Positions 29,198 through 39,069 of a stretch of 64,000 bases of DNA are shown one piece after another. Location of the stretch: positions 192,001-256,000 of the forward strand of contig CAXWPJ010000006.1 of assembly GCA_963664115.2 (NCBI GenBank), given 5' to 3'. A model generated the notes under the pieces. It worked only from the letters and a program-made list of their open reading frames with translations, was not told the DNA's origin and made no database searches. The DNA is from Terriglobia bacterium. Lineage in GTDB: Bacteria; Acidobacteriota; Terriglobia; 20CM-2-55-15. The stretch's first letter is position 1; every line of letters begins with the position of its first letter. Both the position numbers and the translations under genes were made by a program.

Positions 29198-31663
29198 ATG
29201 AAAGGGAAAGCTCTGGTCTTGGTGTTGGCATGCTGCGCCGTAGTTTTCGTCGCAACTTCGGGCCAGCAGGATTTGACGGCTGCACCACAACAATCGTCGG
29301 CAGAAACAGTGGCCGGGTACGCCCAGTTGATGGACACCTATTGCGCCGCCTGTCACAGTGGCGGGCTTGCCAACCAAACGAGCTTAGTGCCGGTGCCGCA
29401 GTTGATGGACGAAGTGGAAACCGATTTTTCGAATGTTGCCGCGGAAGCGGAAGTCTGGGAAAAGGTCATCAGAAAGCTCGGCGGACGTATGATGCCACCC
29501 CCGGGAATGCCTGCGCCCAACGACGCTGACCTGGAAGCCCTTGTGGGCTTTCTGAGCGACGAACTGGATCGTGCGGCCGCTCGGAATCCAAATCCCGGAA
29601 CCAAGGCTCTGCATCGTATCAACAGAGCGGAGTATGGAAACGCGGTTCGCGACTTGCTCGGCCTGGATATCGATGTAGCGGAATTTTTGCCTCCGGACGT
29701 CGACGCTTTCGGTTTCGATAACATTGCCGAAGTGATGGGTACGTCCCCTGCGTTGATGGACCGCTACCTCTCGACAGCGTGGAAGATAACGGGAGCGGCG
29801 ATTGGAGACGTCTCGATGAGTCCGACATTTTTCACTTCCGTGAATTCGTCCGACCTGTCTCAAAACGACCATATCGAAGGACTACCCATCGGTACCCGCG
29901 GGGGGATGTACATCGAGTACAACTTCCCGGTGGATGGCGAATACGTGATCAAGTCGGTATTGTTTGAAAACACGGTTGACGTGACGCGCGGTCTGGAGCA
30001 AGAGCACGATTTCGAGGTGACATTTGACGGCGAGCGCGTGAAACTGGTCCGCTTCGGAGGTTTCCAGGATGAGGAACCCGCCTACCTGCGACCGGCTTTG
30101 ACGGCTGCCGAAATCTATAAACGTTTCGAAACGCGGATACAGGTTGAAGCGGGTCCCCATCGAGTGGGCGTCGCTTTCCTCAAGAAGAGTTCGGCGGTCA
30201 CGCAGAACGTGCTCCAGCCATTTTTCCGGGAACATATCGATCCGATTTCGCCCGTGGGACTCCCGGCGCTTGAATCGGTCACGATTGAAGGGCCTTTCAA
30301 TATCACGGGCCCCGGAAGTTCGCCAAGCCGCCAGACGATTTTTACGTGTTATCCGAATGCGGAGACCGAAGCGGCGGCGTGTGCTCGAGACATTCTGACC
30401 TCAATAGCGCGAAAGGCATACCGTCGACCCTTGAGCCAGCAGGAAACCGACACGGTGATGGGGTTCTATCGGGCTGAGATCGATAAGGGCGCAACCTTTG
30501 ACACCTCCATCCAGACCGCCATCGCCTATATCCTGGTCAGCCCTCAGTTCCTGTTCCGTTTCGAACGGGACCCCGAAGGGGTGGAGCCGGGTTCGATTTA
30601 CCGGATCAGCGATCTGGAGATGGCCTCCCGACTGTCCTTCTTTCTGTGGAGCAGCATCCCCGACGATGAGTTGATCGATCTTGCAATGACCGGACGCCTT
30701 CAGGAGCCGGAGGTTCTTGAACAGCAGGTGCGTCGCATGCTCGTGGATGATCGTTCGGCGGCGCTGGGTGCGAATTTTGCCGGTCAGTGGCTCTATTTGA
30801 GAAACGTTAGAAGTACCTCCCCGGATGCGGACATCTTTCCTGATTTTGACGACAACCTCCGCAGATCGCTCCTGCGCGAAACCGAGATGCTCTTTGAAAG
30901 CATGGTCCGGGAAGACCGGCCGATAGTGGAGTTGCTCACCTCGGACTATACGTTCTTGAATGAGCGCCTGGCTAAACACTATGGGGTTGAGGGCATCTAC
31001 GGTGACCAGATGCGTCGCGTGCCGGTGACCCAGGAATACCGGAAGGGATTGTTGGGGCAGGGCAGCATCCAGTTGATCAATGCGAATGCCAACCGGACTA
31101 ATCCGGTGACACGTGGCAAGTATGTCCTGACAAACATCCTCGGAACCCCGCCCCCACCCCCACCGCCGAACGTCCCGGTGCTGGACGAGGAACCGGGTGT
31201 GCCACTGTCCATGCGTGAACGCATGGAACAGCACCGGTCGAACCCGGCCTGTTTCGGGTGTCATGCCTATATGGACCCGATCGGCCTTGCGCTCGAAAAC
31301 TTCGATGCGATCGGGCGCTGGCGAACCGACGACGGTGGAGTGGAGATTGATCCATCGGGCCTGATCCCTGTGTTCCGGGGGCTTGGAACCATCGATGGTC
31401 CGGTGGCGCTGCGGGATGCCATCGTGAGCCGTTCCGAACAGTTTGTCCGAACGGGTGTCGAAATGTTGATGACTTACGGCTTGGGTCGAGGGCTTGAGGC
31501 AAGTGATATGCCGATCGTCCGTTCCGTTGTCAGGGATGCGGCTAGGGAGGACTACCGGATCTCTTCATTAGTCATGGGTATCGTGAACAGTGCACCTTTT
31601 CAGATGCGCGTAGCCCAGTCCGAAGGTAACGAAGCCATTGCTGAAAACGCTGACCTTAACTAA
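29198..31663 (+). CDS. DUF1592-type (DUF1587/1595/1592/1588/1585) di-heme cytochrome c protein
   Basis: signal peptide; CAACH...WEKVIRKL..MMPPPG; HRINRAEYGNAVRDLL; ASRLSFFLWSSIPDDEL; NFAGQWL; PPPPPPNVP; CFGCH..MDPIGLALENFDAIGRWR. Confidence 0.9.
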   Translation: MKGKALVLVLACCAVVFVATSGQQDLTAAPQQSSAETVAGYAQLMDTYCAACHSGGLANQTSLVPVPQLMDEVETDFSNVAAEAEVWEKVIRKLGGRMMPPPGMPAPNDADLEALVGFLSDELDRAAARNPNPGTKALHRINRAEYGNAVRDLLGLDIDVAEFLPPDVDAFGFDNIAEVMGTSPALMDRYLSTAWKITGAAIGDVSMSPTFFTSVNSSDLSQNDHIEGLPIGTRGGMYIEYNFPVDGEYVIKSVLFENTVDVTRGLEQEHDFEVTFDGERVKLVRFGGFQDEEPAYLRPALTAAEIYKRFETRIQVEAGPHRVGVAFLKKSSAVTQNVLQPFFREHIDPISPVGLPALESVTIEGPFNITGPGSSPSRQTIFTCYPNAETEAAACARDILTSIARKAYRRPLSQQETDTVMGFYRAEIDKGATFDTSIQTAIAYILVSPQFLFRFERDPEGVEPGSIYRISDLEMASRLSFFLWSSIPDDELIDLAMTGRLQEPEVLEQQVRRMLVDDRSAALGANFAGQWLYLRNVRSTSPDADIFPDFDDNLRRSLLRETEMLFESMVREDRPIVELLTSDYTFLNERLAKHYGVEGIYGDQMRRVPVTQEYRKGLLGQGSIQLINANANRTNPVTRGKYVLTNILGTPPPPPPPNVPVLDEEPGVPLSMRERMEQHRSNPACFGCHAYMDPIGLALENFDAIGRWRTDDGGVEIDPSGLIPVFRGLGTIDGPVALRDAIVSRSEQFVRTGVEMLMTYGLGRGLEASDMPIVRSVVRDAAREDYRISSLVMGIVNSAPFQMRVAQSEGNEAIAENADLN

Positions 31664-31690
31664 CTAAGCAAGATAGAGGAGGAGTATCTA

Positions 31691-33064
31691 ATGTTCATTA
31701 CGAAGAAGCATCTTTCGCGCCGCACCTTCCTTCGCGGCATGGGTGCGACGGTAGCTCTGCCATTCCTGGGAGCCATGGTTCCGGCTCGGACGGCACTGGG
31801 ACAGACGGCTGCGGCTATACCGCACCGCTTTGGCTTCGTGTATGTCCCGATGGGGACGGTGATGAAGGAATGGATGCCTGCGCAAGTGGGTCAAGACTTC
31901 GAGTTCTCCCCCATCCTTAAATCGCTGGAGCCCTTCAGGGACAAGGTGAACGTTATATCAGGATTGCGTAATCTTGGAGCCAACGGACACTCTCCCAGCA
32001 GCGGGACTTTCATGAGTGGCGCCTTCCCGGCTCACGGGAGCACGATTCTGCTCAACACAACTGTGGATCAGGTCATCGCGCAGCAAATCGGCCAGGATAC
32101 AACCTTCCCCTCGTTGGAGTTTGCAACCGAGGATCATTCCAGTCACCTGGGCAGTTGCGCGGGAGACTTCCTGTGTTCTTACATGAGCACAGTGTCCTGG
32201 CGGACGCCCACCCAGCCGCTCCCGATGGAGATCAACCCGCGTGTCGTGTTCGAGACGATGTTCGGGGGTTCCGAGTCCACTCCTGAAGCGCGGCAGGCGC
32301 GATTGATTCAGAGCACCAGTATCTTGGATACGGTTGCTGAGAGCATCAGCGATCTGCGGCGGGATCTGGGCGCTGGCGATCAGGCTAAGCTCGCCGAATA
32401 TCTGGAAAACGTCCGCGAGATCGAGCGGCGAATTGTCCAGGGCGAACGGCAGCGCAGCGAAGCGAACCTGGAAGCACCGCCGACTCCGGTCGGTGTGCCC
32501 GAGAACTGGGAAGAACACGTCGACCTGTTGTGGGAACTGGGCGCTCTGGCTTACCAGGGAGACCTCACTCGTGTCATCACTTTCATGATGTCTGCTGAGT
32601 TGAGCACACGCAGCTACCCGCAGATCGGTGTCGCTGATGGGCATCACCCGATATCCCACAACAACTTCGTTCCGGAACAGATGGCTAAGAAGGCCAAGGT
32701 CGATGCTTACCATGTGCAACGGGTCGCGAAATTCCTGGCGCGATTGGAGTCCATTCCGGCCGGCGACGGGACGTCGCTCCTGGACAACTTCACATTGCTG
32801 TATGGAAGCGGCATGAGCAACTCCAATGCCCATGATCACGTCAACCTGCCGGTATTTGTTGTCAGCGGTAAGCTGGGCGGCAATCGCCACATCAAGGCGG
32901 GCGTTGAAGCTGAAACGCGGGACAACGAGCTTGTGCCGAAGTTCAGCACGATGACAAAGATGTCGAATCTCCATCTCGCGCTCATTCAGAGCTCGGGTTC
33001 TGAAATGGAATCCTACGGCATTGGTGAGCAAGAGAGCGATGGGGTATTCGATTTCTCCGTCTAG
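31691..33064 (+). CDS. DUF1552 domain protein
   Basis: LSRRTFLRGMGATVALPFL (twin-arginine-like), FVYVPMG, TVDQVIA, PLPMEINPRVVFE, EYLENVREIERRI, GHHPISH, LLDN..LLYGSGM. Confidence 0.9.
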   Translation: MFITKKHLSRRTFLRGMGATVALPFLGAMVPARTALGQTAAAIPHRFGFVYVPMGTVMKEWMPAQVGQDFEFSPILKSLEPFRDKVNVISGLRNLGANGHSPSSGTFMSGAFPAHGSTILLNTTVDQVIAQQIGQDTTFPSLEFATEDHSSHLGSCAGDFLCSYMSTVSWRTPTQPLPMEINPRVVFETMFGGSESTPEARQARLIQSTSILDTVAESISDLRRDLGAGDQAKLAEYLENVREIERRIVQGERQRSEANLEAPPTPVGVPENWEEHVDLLWELGALAYQGDLTRVITFMMSAELSTRSYPQIGVADGHHPISHNNFVPEQMAKKAKVDAYHVQRVAKFLARLESIPAGDGTSLLDNFTLLYGSGMSNSNAHDHVNLPVFVVSGKLGGNRHIKAGVEAETRDNELVPKFSTMTKMSNLHLALIQSSGSEMESYGIGEQESDGVFDFSV

Positions 33065-34913
33065 TCCCTGAACAAGCGTGATTGACGAGGAAATGATAGT
33101 GCAATAAGAGCGGAAGTACCCGAAATGCCCCCTCTCCGTGCGAAAAAAACCTTGAACAGATTCTTCGGAAAAGGAGGCATTTCAGATGAACGATTATACG
33201 CGCAAGAACATGAGGAACCGCAAGCGGCGAATCGAACGTCGGCTTGGGGACCGGCATTGGACGGATCAGGTAGAGCCGATGTTTTCGGCGAGCAACATTC
33301 AGTACGAGATGGGAGAGCGGACGCGGGGCACATCGGTTGGTGGTATCGGGACGATGCAACTGGTGGCGCGGCGGACCGGGCTGATCGAAGCCATCGACAA
33401 GGGCGTGCATGTGTTGAAGCGGCACCTGCCGTATCACGAGTCGGATCACGTGCTGAACATCGCCTACAACGCCTTGAGCGGAGGAACGTGCCTGGAAGAC
33501 ATCGAACTGCGGCGCAACGATGCGGTGTATCTGGATGCGCTGGGAGCGCAACGGATTCCGGATCCGACGACGGCGGGAGACTTCTGCCGGAGATTCGAGG
33601 CCGACGACGTGGAGTGTCTGATGGAGGCAACCAATCAAGTCCGGCTCGGAGTCTGGCGACAGCAACCGGCGGCGTTTTTCGAAGAAGCGGTGTTGGACGC
33701 GGACGGGACACTGGCCGAAACCACGGGGGAATGCAAGCAAGGGATGGACGTGGCCTACGACGGGACGTGGGGATATCACCCGCTGATGATCTCGCTGGCC
33801 AACACCGCCGAACCGCTGTATCTGGTCAATCGTAGCGGCAACCGGCCGTCGCATGAAGGAGCCGCGGTCCGGTTCGACCAAGCCATCGCATTGTGCCGGC
33901 ATGCGGGGTTTCGCCAGATCCTGCTGCGCGGGGACACGGACTTCAGCCAGACCCGGCATCTGGACGGATGGGACGACCAGCAGGTGGGTTTCATATTCGG
34001 GATTGACGCGATGGCGAACCTGAAGGCCCGGGCCGATGAACTGGAGCCGCGCCAGTGGAAGCGCCTGGAACGGCCCGCGAAATACGACGTGGCGACCGAA
34101 CCGCGCCAACGTCCCGACAACGTGAAGGAAGAGATCGTTCGGCAGCGCGGTTTCGACAATATCCGCTTGCAGGGTGAGGATGTGGCCGAGTTTCGGTATC
34201 GACCCGGAGCCTGCGATCGGGACTACCGTGTCGTCGTGGTGCGGAAGAATCTGTCGGTGGCCAAAGGAGAGCAGGTGTTGTTTGACGACATCCGGTACTT
34301 CTTCTACATTACCAACCGTTCGGATCCGGCCGACCAGATTGTGATGCGTGCCAATCAACGGTGCAATCAGGAGAATCTCATTGAGCAGTTGAAGAACGGC
34401 GTTCAGGCGTTGCGGATGCCGGTCGGAGATCAGACCAGCAACTGGGCCTACATGGTGATCGCGTCACTGGCCTGGACACTGAAAGCGTGGTTTGCATTGC
34501 TGCTTCCCGAAACCGGACGTTGGGGCCAAAAATATCAGGCTGAGAAGCAAACCGTGCTGCGCATGGAGTTCAAAACCTTCTTGAACGCTTTCATGCTTGT
34601 GCCGTGCCAACTCGTGCGCACCGGGCGGCGCATTCTGTTCCGGATCCTGGCCTGGAACCGGTGGTTGCCGGTCTTGTTCCGCGGGGTGGATGTGTTGCGT
34701 CAGCCTCTGCGATGTTGACCCGATCATGACTCTGAGCCCGGGCGATCGAGGTCCCGGTTTCTGTCAACCGTCCAACACCAGCGAGGCTGAACTGAAACAG
34801 ATTCAACAGAAACTCGATACCTGGAACAGGCCATCCGGGAACGGGATTCTATGCCTCGAATTCTATCGGCGCGAACTGGGCCTCGGCGGACTGGTTATGC
34901 GCTTGTTTTGGGT
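33065..34913 (+). mobile_element. IS1380 family insertion sequence
   Basis: IRs TCCCTGAACAAGCG and reverse complement ACCCAAAACAAGCG; CTAG direct repeat at 33061-33064 and 34914-34917. Confidence 0.85.
33186..34718 (+). CDS. IS1380 family DDE transposase
   Basis: LDADGT, GYHPL, LLRGDTDF, RYFFYITN, NQRCNQENLIEQLKNG. Confidence 0.88.
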   Translation: MNDYTRKNMRNRKRRIERRLGDRHWTDQVEPMFSASNIQYEMGERTRGTSVGGIGTMQLVARRTGLIEAIDKGVHVLKRHLPYHESDHVLNIAYNALSGGTCLEDIELRRNDAVYLDALGAQRIPDPTTAGDFCRRFEADDVECLMEATNQVRLGVWRQQPAAFFEEAVLDADGTLAETTGECKQGMDVAYDGTWGYHPLMISLANTAEPLYLVNRSGNRPSHEGAAVRFDQAIALCRHAGFRQILLRGDTDFSQTRHLDGWDDQQVGFIFGIDAMANLKARADELEPRQWKRLERPAKYDVATEPRQRPDNVKEEIVRQRGFDNIRLQGEDVAEFRYRPGACDRDYRVVVVRKNLSVAKGEQVLFDDIRYFFYITNRSDPADQIVMRANQRCNQENLIEQLKNGVQALRMPVGDQTSNWAYMVIASLAWTLKAWFALLLPETGRWGQKYQAEKQTVLRMEFKTFLNAFMLVPCQLVRTGRRILFRILAWNRWLPVLFRGVDVLRQPLRC

Positions 34914-34949
34914 CTAGTTAGCGTTAGTTAAGTTAAGGTCAGTGGCTTG

Positions 34950-35000
34950 GGTCTGGACCTTCTCCGATCCTCCATCGGAAGGGTTCAGACCAGCATTTTT
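34950..35000 (+). terminator. long hairpin (terminator or attenuator-like) upstream of ankyrin gene
   Basis: GGTCTGGACCTTCTCCGAT...ATCGGAAGGGTTCAGACC followed by AGCATTTTT. Confidence 0.45.
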
Positions 35001-35037
35001 AGATATTTTTTAAGGGGTAGTGAGGAGGTATTCGAGT

Positions 35038-36459
35038 ATGCGTGTCCGACAAGTGTTAGGGCTGTTGCTGGTAACGGCGCTCACAGTCACCAGCGCGACA
35101 GCCCAAATCCGGAGTAGCAACGTTGATCTTGTCCGAGCGGTTAAGGATCAGGATATGGCGACCGCCCGTGAACTAATCGCGGCGGGTGCCGACGTGACCG
35201 AACAGGACAGTGAAACGATGACGGCTCTCCACTGGGCGGCACACTGGAATGATCTGGAGATGGTGGAACTTCTTCTCAGTGAAGGTGCCGCGGCAGAGGT
35301 GAGCAACCGTTACGGTGTGACGCCACTTCACGAAGCAAGTCTCGTCGCCAACCCAGAGCTGATCCAGGTGCTCCTCCGGGCGGGTGCGCAGGCGAACACG
35401 GGCTTCGGTACCGGTGAAACTCCGGTTATGACCGCGGCTCGAACCGGTAACGTAGAGGCCGTACGCATCTTGTTGACGAATGGTGGCGGGGTAGACACTA
35501 GCGAAGAGTGGCGTGGGCAGACGCCGCTCATGTATGCGGCCAGCGAAGGCCATGCCGAGATGGTGGCATTCCTGATCGAAGAGGGTGCCAACGTCGATCA
35601 GCTTTCCAGACTGATCGAGTTCGAAGAACTGGTGAGCGGCAACGGCGGCGCCGAAGTGAATCGGCCTCCAGGCGGCTTATCATCACTGTTTTACGCAGCG
35701 CGTAGCGGTGCGGATGCGGCCGGTGCAGTCTTGATCGCGGCAGGCGCAGATATGGACGTTCAGGAAACGCTGTACGGATTATCCCCGCTGGAGGCGGCCA
35801 TCATCAATGGCCACTGGGATTTCGCAGCGATGTTGATCGAGGCCGGTGCCGACGTGGACAATGGCGCTCTCTACACGGCAATTGAATCGCGCAATACACC
35901 GGCGTACACGAATCGACCGGCGCCTCCTAGACAGGACGTGAACTACGATTCTACGGACGTGATCGAAATGCTGCTGGCAGCGGGAGCCGACCCCAGTCGC
36001 GTTCACGACCAGACTGAGATGCCCGAACGTCAGGCGCAGGGAAGAGTCAACGTTCTGGCAGGTTCGAGGCCTTTGTATAGAGCGATGCTGTCCTCCGACA
36101 TCGAGGGGATAGAGTTACTTCTGGCTCACGGCGCGAATGCTTCCGCAGGAGCCCGCGACGGTTCCACTCCTTTGATGATCGCAGCCGGAATGAGAGCCCG
36201 CGGTCGTTATGACAATGCTCTGGGACCGCAAGCTCCTGAGAGACTTGGCCTGGTGAAGTTGTTGCTTTCCAACGGCGCGAGTCTTGATGCAGCTCAAGGC
36301 CGGAGCGGTGACACTGCGGCGCACTACGCGGCTCGGGCGGGTAACGAGCATCTGCTGGACTATCTGGCAGCGATGGGCGCCGACGTGAACCTGGCAAACG
36401 AGGAAGAGCAGACTCCGCGTGCTCTGCTCGCGACTCGCCTGGCTCGCTTAGACCCTTAG
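35038..36459 (+). CDS. secreted ankyrin repeat protein (DUF1592/DUF1552 operon partner)
   Basis: signal peptide; TALHWAAH, NRYGVTPL, GETPVMTAARTG, WRGQTPLMYAA, GSTPLMIAAG, GDTAAHYAA. Confidence 0.9.
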   Translation: MRVRQVLGLLLVTALTVTSATAQIRSSNVDLVRAVKDQDMATARELIAAGADVTEQDSETMTALHWAAHWNDLEMVELLLSEGAAAEVSNRYGVTPLHEASLVANPELIQVLLRAGAQANTGFGTGETPVMTAARTGNVEAVRILLTNGGGVDTSEEWRGQTPLMYAASEGHAEMVAFLIEEGANVDQLSRLIEFEELVSGNGGAEVNRPPGGLSSLFYAARSGADAAGAVLIAAGADMDVQETLYGLSPLEAAIINGHWDFAAMLIEAGADVDNGALYTAIESRNTPAYTNRPAPPRQDVNYDSTDVIEMLLAAGADPSRVHDQTEMPERQAQGRVNVLAGSRPLYRAMLSSDIEGIELLLAHGANASAGARDGSTPLMIAAGMRARGRYDNALGPQAPERLGLVKLLLSNGASLDAAQGRSGDTAAHYAARAGNEHLLDYLAAMGADVNLANEEEQTPRALLATRLARLDP

Positions 36460-36780
36460 TCGTTATTTCGGACGTGTCGTGTGTGTTAATTAGTACACGC
36501 ACGACACGGACCGCCTCTGATACGACCCTTCTTGGATTCGCGTACCGCTTGAGTTATTTGCTCATTCGGGTGCGCGAATAATTTTTCTGAGTCGATTTCC
36601 CTTGCGATCCAAGCAATCATAGATAGATACCTGTGAATGCAGTATCGACATTGCCTGTTTTGTGATTCCGAAAGAGGAGAGGAGAGGAGAAGATGGGGAG
36701 ATTTGGAGCCGGATGGAAGCCGGCCCCGAGGTTAATTTGCGCATTGCTCATGCTGGTTGTGGGTGCTGCGATCGTTTCGG

Positions 36781-38165
36781 GAGTTATAACCGAATCTGGT
36801 GTTTGAGGGATTGAATAAGAGCGGCGTATCTGGTTGATTTGTTGTGACAAAACTTCAAAGCAACCATAGGAGATACGCCACTGTGAGCAAGAGTAACGTG
36901 AATGGACCGGAAGGTCGAGAAACGATTGAGGATCCAGTAACAGAACTACTACGAGTTGGGGCACAGCAACTGATCCAACGCGCAGTGGAAGCCGAATTGG
37001 CAGAGCTGCTATCCCAGCACGGTGGCCGGCGAACTGAGACAGGAAACGCCGGGGTGGTACGCAACGGTTATCTGCCGGAACGCGAACTGCAGACGGGATT
37101 GGGTCCGGTAACAGTCCAAATCCCGAAGGTCCGTGCCAAGACGGGCGAAGCTGTGACGTTCCGATCGGCCCTGGTACCACCGTACATTCGGAAGACGAAG
37201 TCGCTGGAAGCAGCGGTGCCGTGGTTGTATTTGAAAGGCGTTTCCAGCGGCGAGATGGGTGAGGCCCTAAAAGTTCTTGTCGGTCCCCAGGCGCAGGGTC
37301 TGTCGGCGAGCACGGTATCGCGGTTGAAACAGGTTTGGGGCGAACAGTACCGCCTCGGATGCGAGGAGCGTTTGGATGCAGATCGCTGGGTCTATGTCTG
37401 GGCCGACGGCATCTACAGCGGACTTCGGGCGGAACAAACCAAGTTGTGTGCATTGGTCGTGATCGGCGTGAATGAACGCGGAGAGAAGCGTTTCCTGGCG
37501 ATCGAAGACGGTGTACGGGAATCGACACAGAGTTGGCGCGAGGTCTTGTTGAAGCTGAAGTCCCGTGGGATGAATGTTCCGAAGTTGGCCATCGGTGACG
37601 GTGCGATGGGGTTCTGGGCCGCACTGGAGGAAATCTATCCCGAGACACGTCAACAACGTTGCTGGATGCACAAAGTCATGAACGTCCTCAACTGCCTGCC
37701 CAAGTCGGTCCAGGCGAAGGCGAAACAGGCCCTGCACTCGATCTGGCAGGCCGAGACGAAGGCAGACGCCGAGAAGGCATTCGACTTGTTCATTGAAACC
37801 TATGAACCGAAGTATCCGAAAGCCACACTCTGCCTGCAGAAAGACAGAGAGGAACTGCTGGCCTTTTACGACTTTCCGGCCAAGCACTGGCAGAGCATCA
37901 GAACGACGAATCCCATTGAGTCGACCTTTGCCACCATTCGACACCGAACGAAGCGATCCAGAGGTTGCCTGACACGGGATGGCATGCTGCACATGATGTT
38001 CAAACTGGGCCAGTGCGCTGAGAACAATTGGCGACGATTACGAGGATTCGATGATCTGAGCAAGGTAATCATCGGAGTGAAATTCAACGATGGTGTCGAA
38101 GCGACACAAGTCGATCAGGCCGCCGCTTGAATCAATCTCCTAAACACCACTTTTGACAATAACTC
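36781..38165 (+). mobile_element. IS256 family insertion sequence
   Basis: 34-bp imperfect IRs GAGTTAT..TGGTGTTT..GATTGA at both ends; 9-bp target duplication TCGTTTCGG (36772-36780, 38166-38174). Confidence 0.93.
36883..38130 (+). CDS. IS256 family (Mutator-like) transposase
   Basis: RNGYLPER, YLKGVSSG, YVWADGIY, AIGDGAMGF, QQRCWMHK, IRTTNPIESTF. Confidence 0.95.
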   Translation: MSKSNVNGPEGRETIEDPVTELLRVGAQQLIQRAVEAELAELLSQHGGRRTETGNAGVVRNGYLPERELQTGLGPVTVQIPKVRAKTGEAVTFRSALVPPYIRKTKSLEAAVPWLYLKGVSSGEMGEALKVLVGPQAQGLSASTVSRLKQVWGEQYRLGCEERLDADRWVYVWADGIYSGLRAEQTKLCALVVIGVNERGEKRFLAIEDGVRESTQSWREVLLKLKSRGMNVPKLAIGDGAMGFWAALEEIYPETRQQRCWMHKVMNVLNCLPKSVQAKAKQALHSIWQAETKADAEKAFDLFIETYEPKYPKATLCLQKDREELLAFYDFPAKHWQSIRTTNPIESTFATIRHRTKRSRGCLTRDGMLHMMFKLGQCAENNWRRLRGFDDLSKVIIGVKFNDGVEATQVDQAAA

Positions 38166-38567
38166 TCGTTTCGGTTTCAGGGGTCGAAGCTTCGACGCTG
38201 CAACCAGCGGCGATCTCAGGGAGAAAGCTGCAAGAAGGGACAGCTCCGGATGCTGAGGCCTTGAGGCGAGGTCAGCAAATTGTGGAAAGTGCATATGCCA
38301 TGAGTTGGATCTGGTGGAAAGCGAGCGGTTGAGCCGGGAGGACTGAGGATACATCATACAGGCGATGCTGGTGAACGGTTCCGATCTGTCGGAACGTGAA
38401 ATGCCTCTGGTCCTGGACTACTTGTCGACGGCCTTTCCTGCGCGGCCTGCGGCCGCACCTGAAGAGGATTGAATGAGAGAACGCCCGCCGAGGAGCTGAA
38501 ACTGGACTCGCTCTGCCGGGAATCCCTCGTAAGGCAGAATGGTGATGTCGAAAGGAGGGTAGTAAAA

Positions 38568-38960
38568 ATGAGACTGTCATCGGCATTTGCGCTGGCGGCG
38601 GTGCTTCTGACAATGGCAACGCTGCCATCCGGTGTGCCGCTTGCCGCGGCGCATCATTCTCAAGCCGCGGCGTTCCATATGGATCAATGGGTGGAAATTG
38701 AAGGGATTGTCCAGCGCTGGCTCTTCAGGAATCCACATCCCGTTCTTTACCTGGAAGTCATCGGAGAGAACGACGAACCCGTCACGTGGCAGATCGAGTT
38801 TGCCCCGGCGACCGTCCTGGCAAAGATGGGCTGGGACACCGAGACGTTTTTGCCGGGACAGGACATTGCCGCAAGAGGACACCCATCACGCGCTCAGGGC
38901 ACCTATGGCATGGCGGCTGGCGCTGAAATTACACGCGAAGATGGCAATCGGGTCCGCTGA
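38568..38960 (+). CDS. DUF6152-like secreted protein
   Basis: signal ending AAA|HHS; VEIEG.V..W.FRNPHP.LYL; W..E...GW; ARGHPSR. Confidence 0.78.
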   Translation: MRLSSAFALAAVLLTMATLPSGVPLAAAHHSQAAAFHMDQWVEIEGIVQRWLFRNPHPVLYLEVIGENDEPVTWQIEFAPATVLAKMGWDTETFLPGQDIAARGHPSRAQGTYGMAAGAEITREDGNRVR

Positions 38961-39069
38961 TTGAGAAACTACAACGAGCCCTCTTTGGCAGCCCTTGAGA
39001 CTTCTGCCACGGGCTGTTAGGCCTTGGGTTCCGTCCGAATTTTTCGATCCCATAGGGAGTTTCAAGAAT

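Larger units (their letters stand above)
36693..38472 (+). pseudogene. small monoheme cytochrome c gene disrupted by IS256 and further decayed
   Basis: joining the flanks restores MGRFG...LICALLMLVVGAAIVSVSG...GQQIVESA; after a frameshift it reads CHELDLVESERLSRED*GYIIQAMLVNG.DLSE.E..LVLDYLSTAF. Confidence 0.7.

Noticed and set aside
31958-34358. Long antisense ORFs (31958..33031, 32982..34358, and similar ones such as 8623..9600 and 62559..63611)
   Set aside because: Shadow frames of well-supported genes in GC-rich DNA, with no motifs of their own.
16518-38346. In-frame TGA codons (surE, cytochrome remnant) as evidence for selenocysteine or a recoded genetic code
   Set aside because: They replace different residues (Arg, Trp), each explained by one transition, and many intact genes here end normally at TGA.
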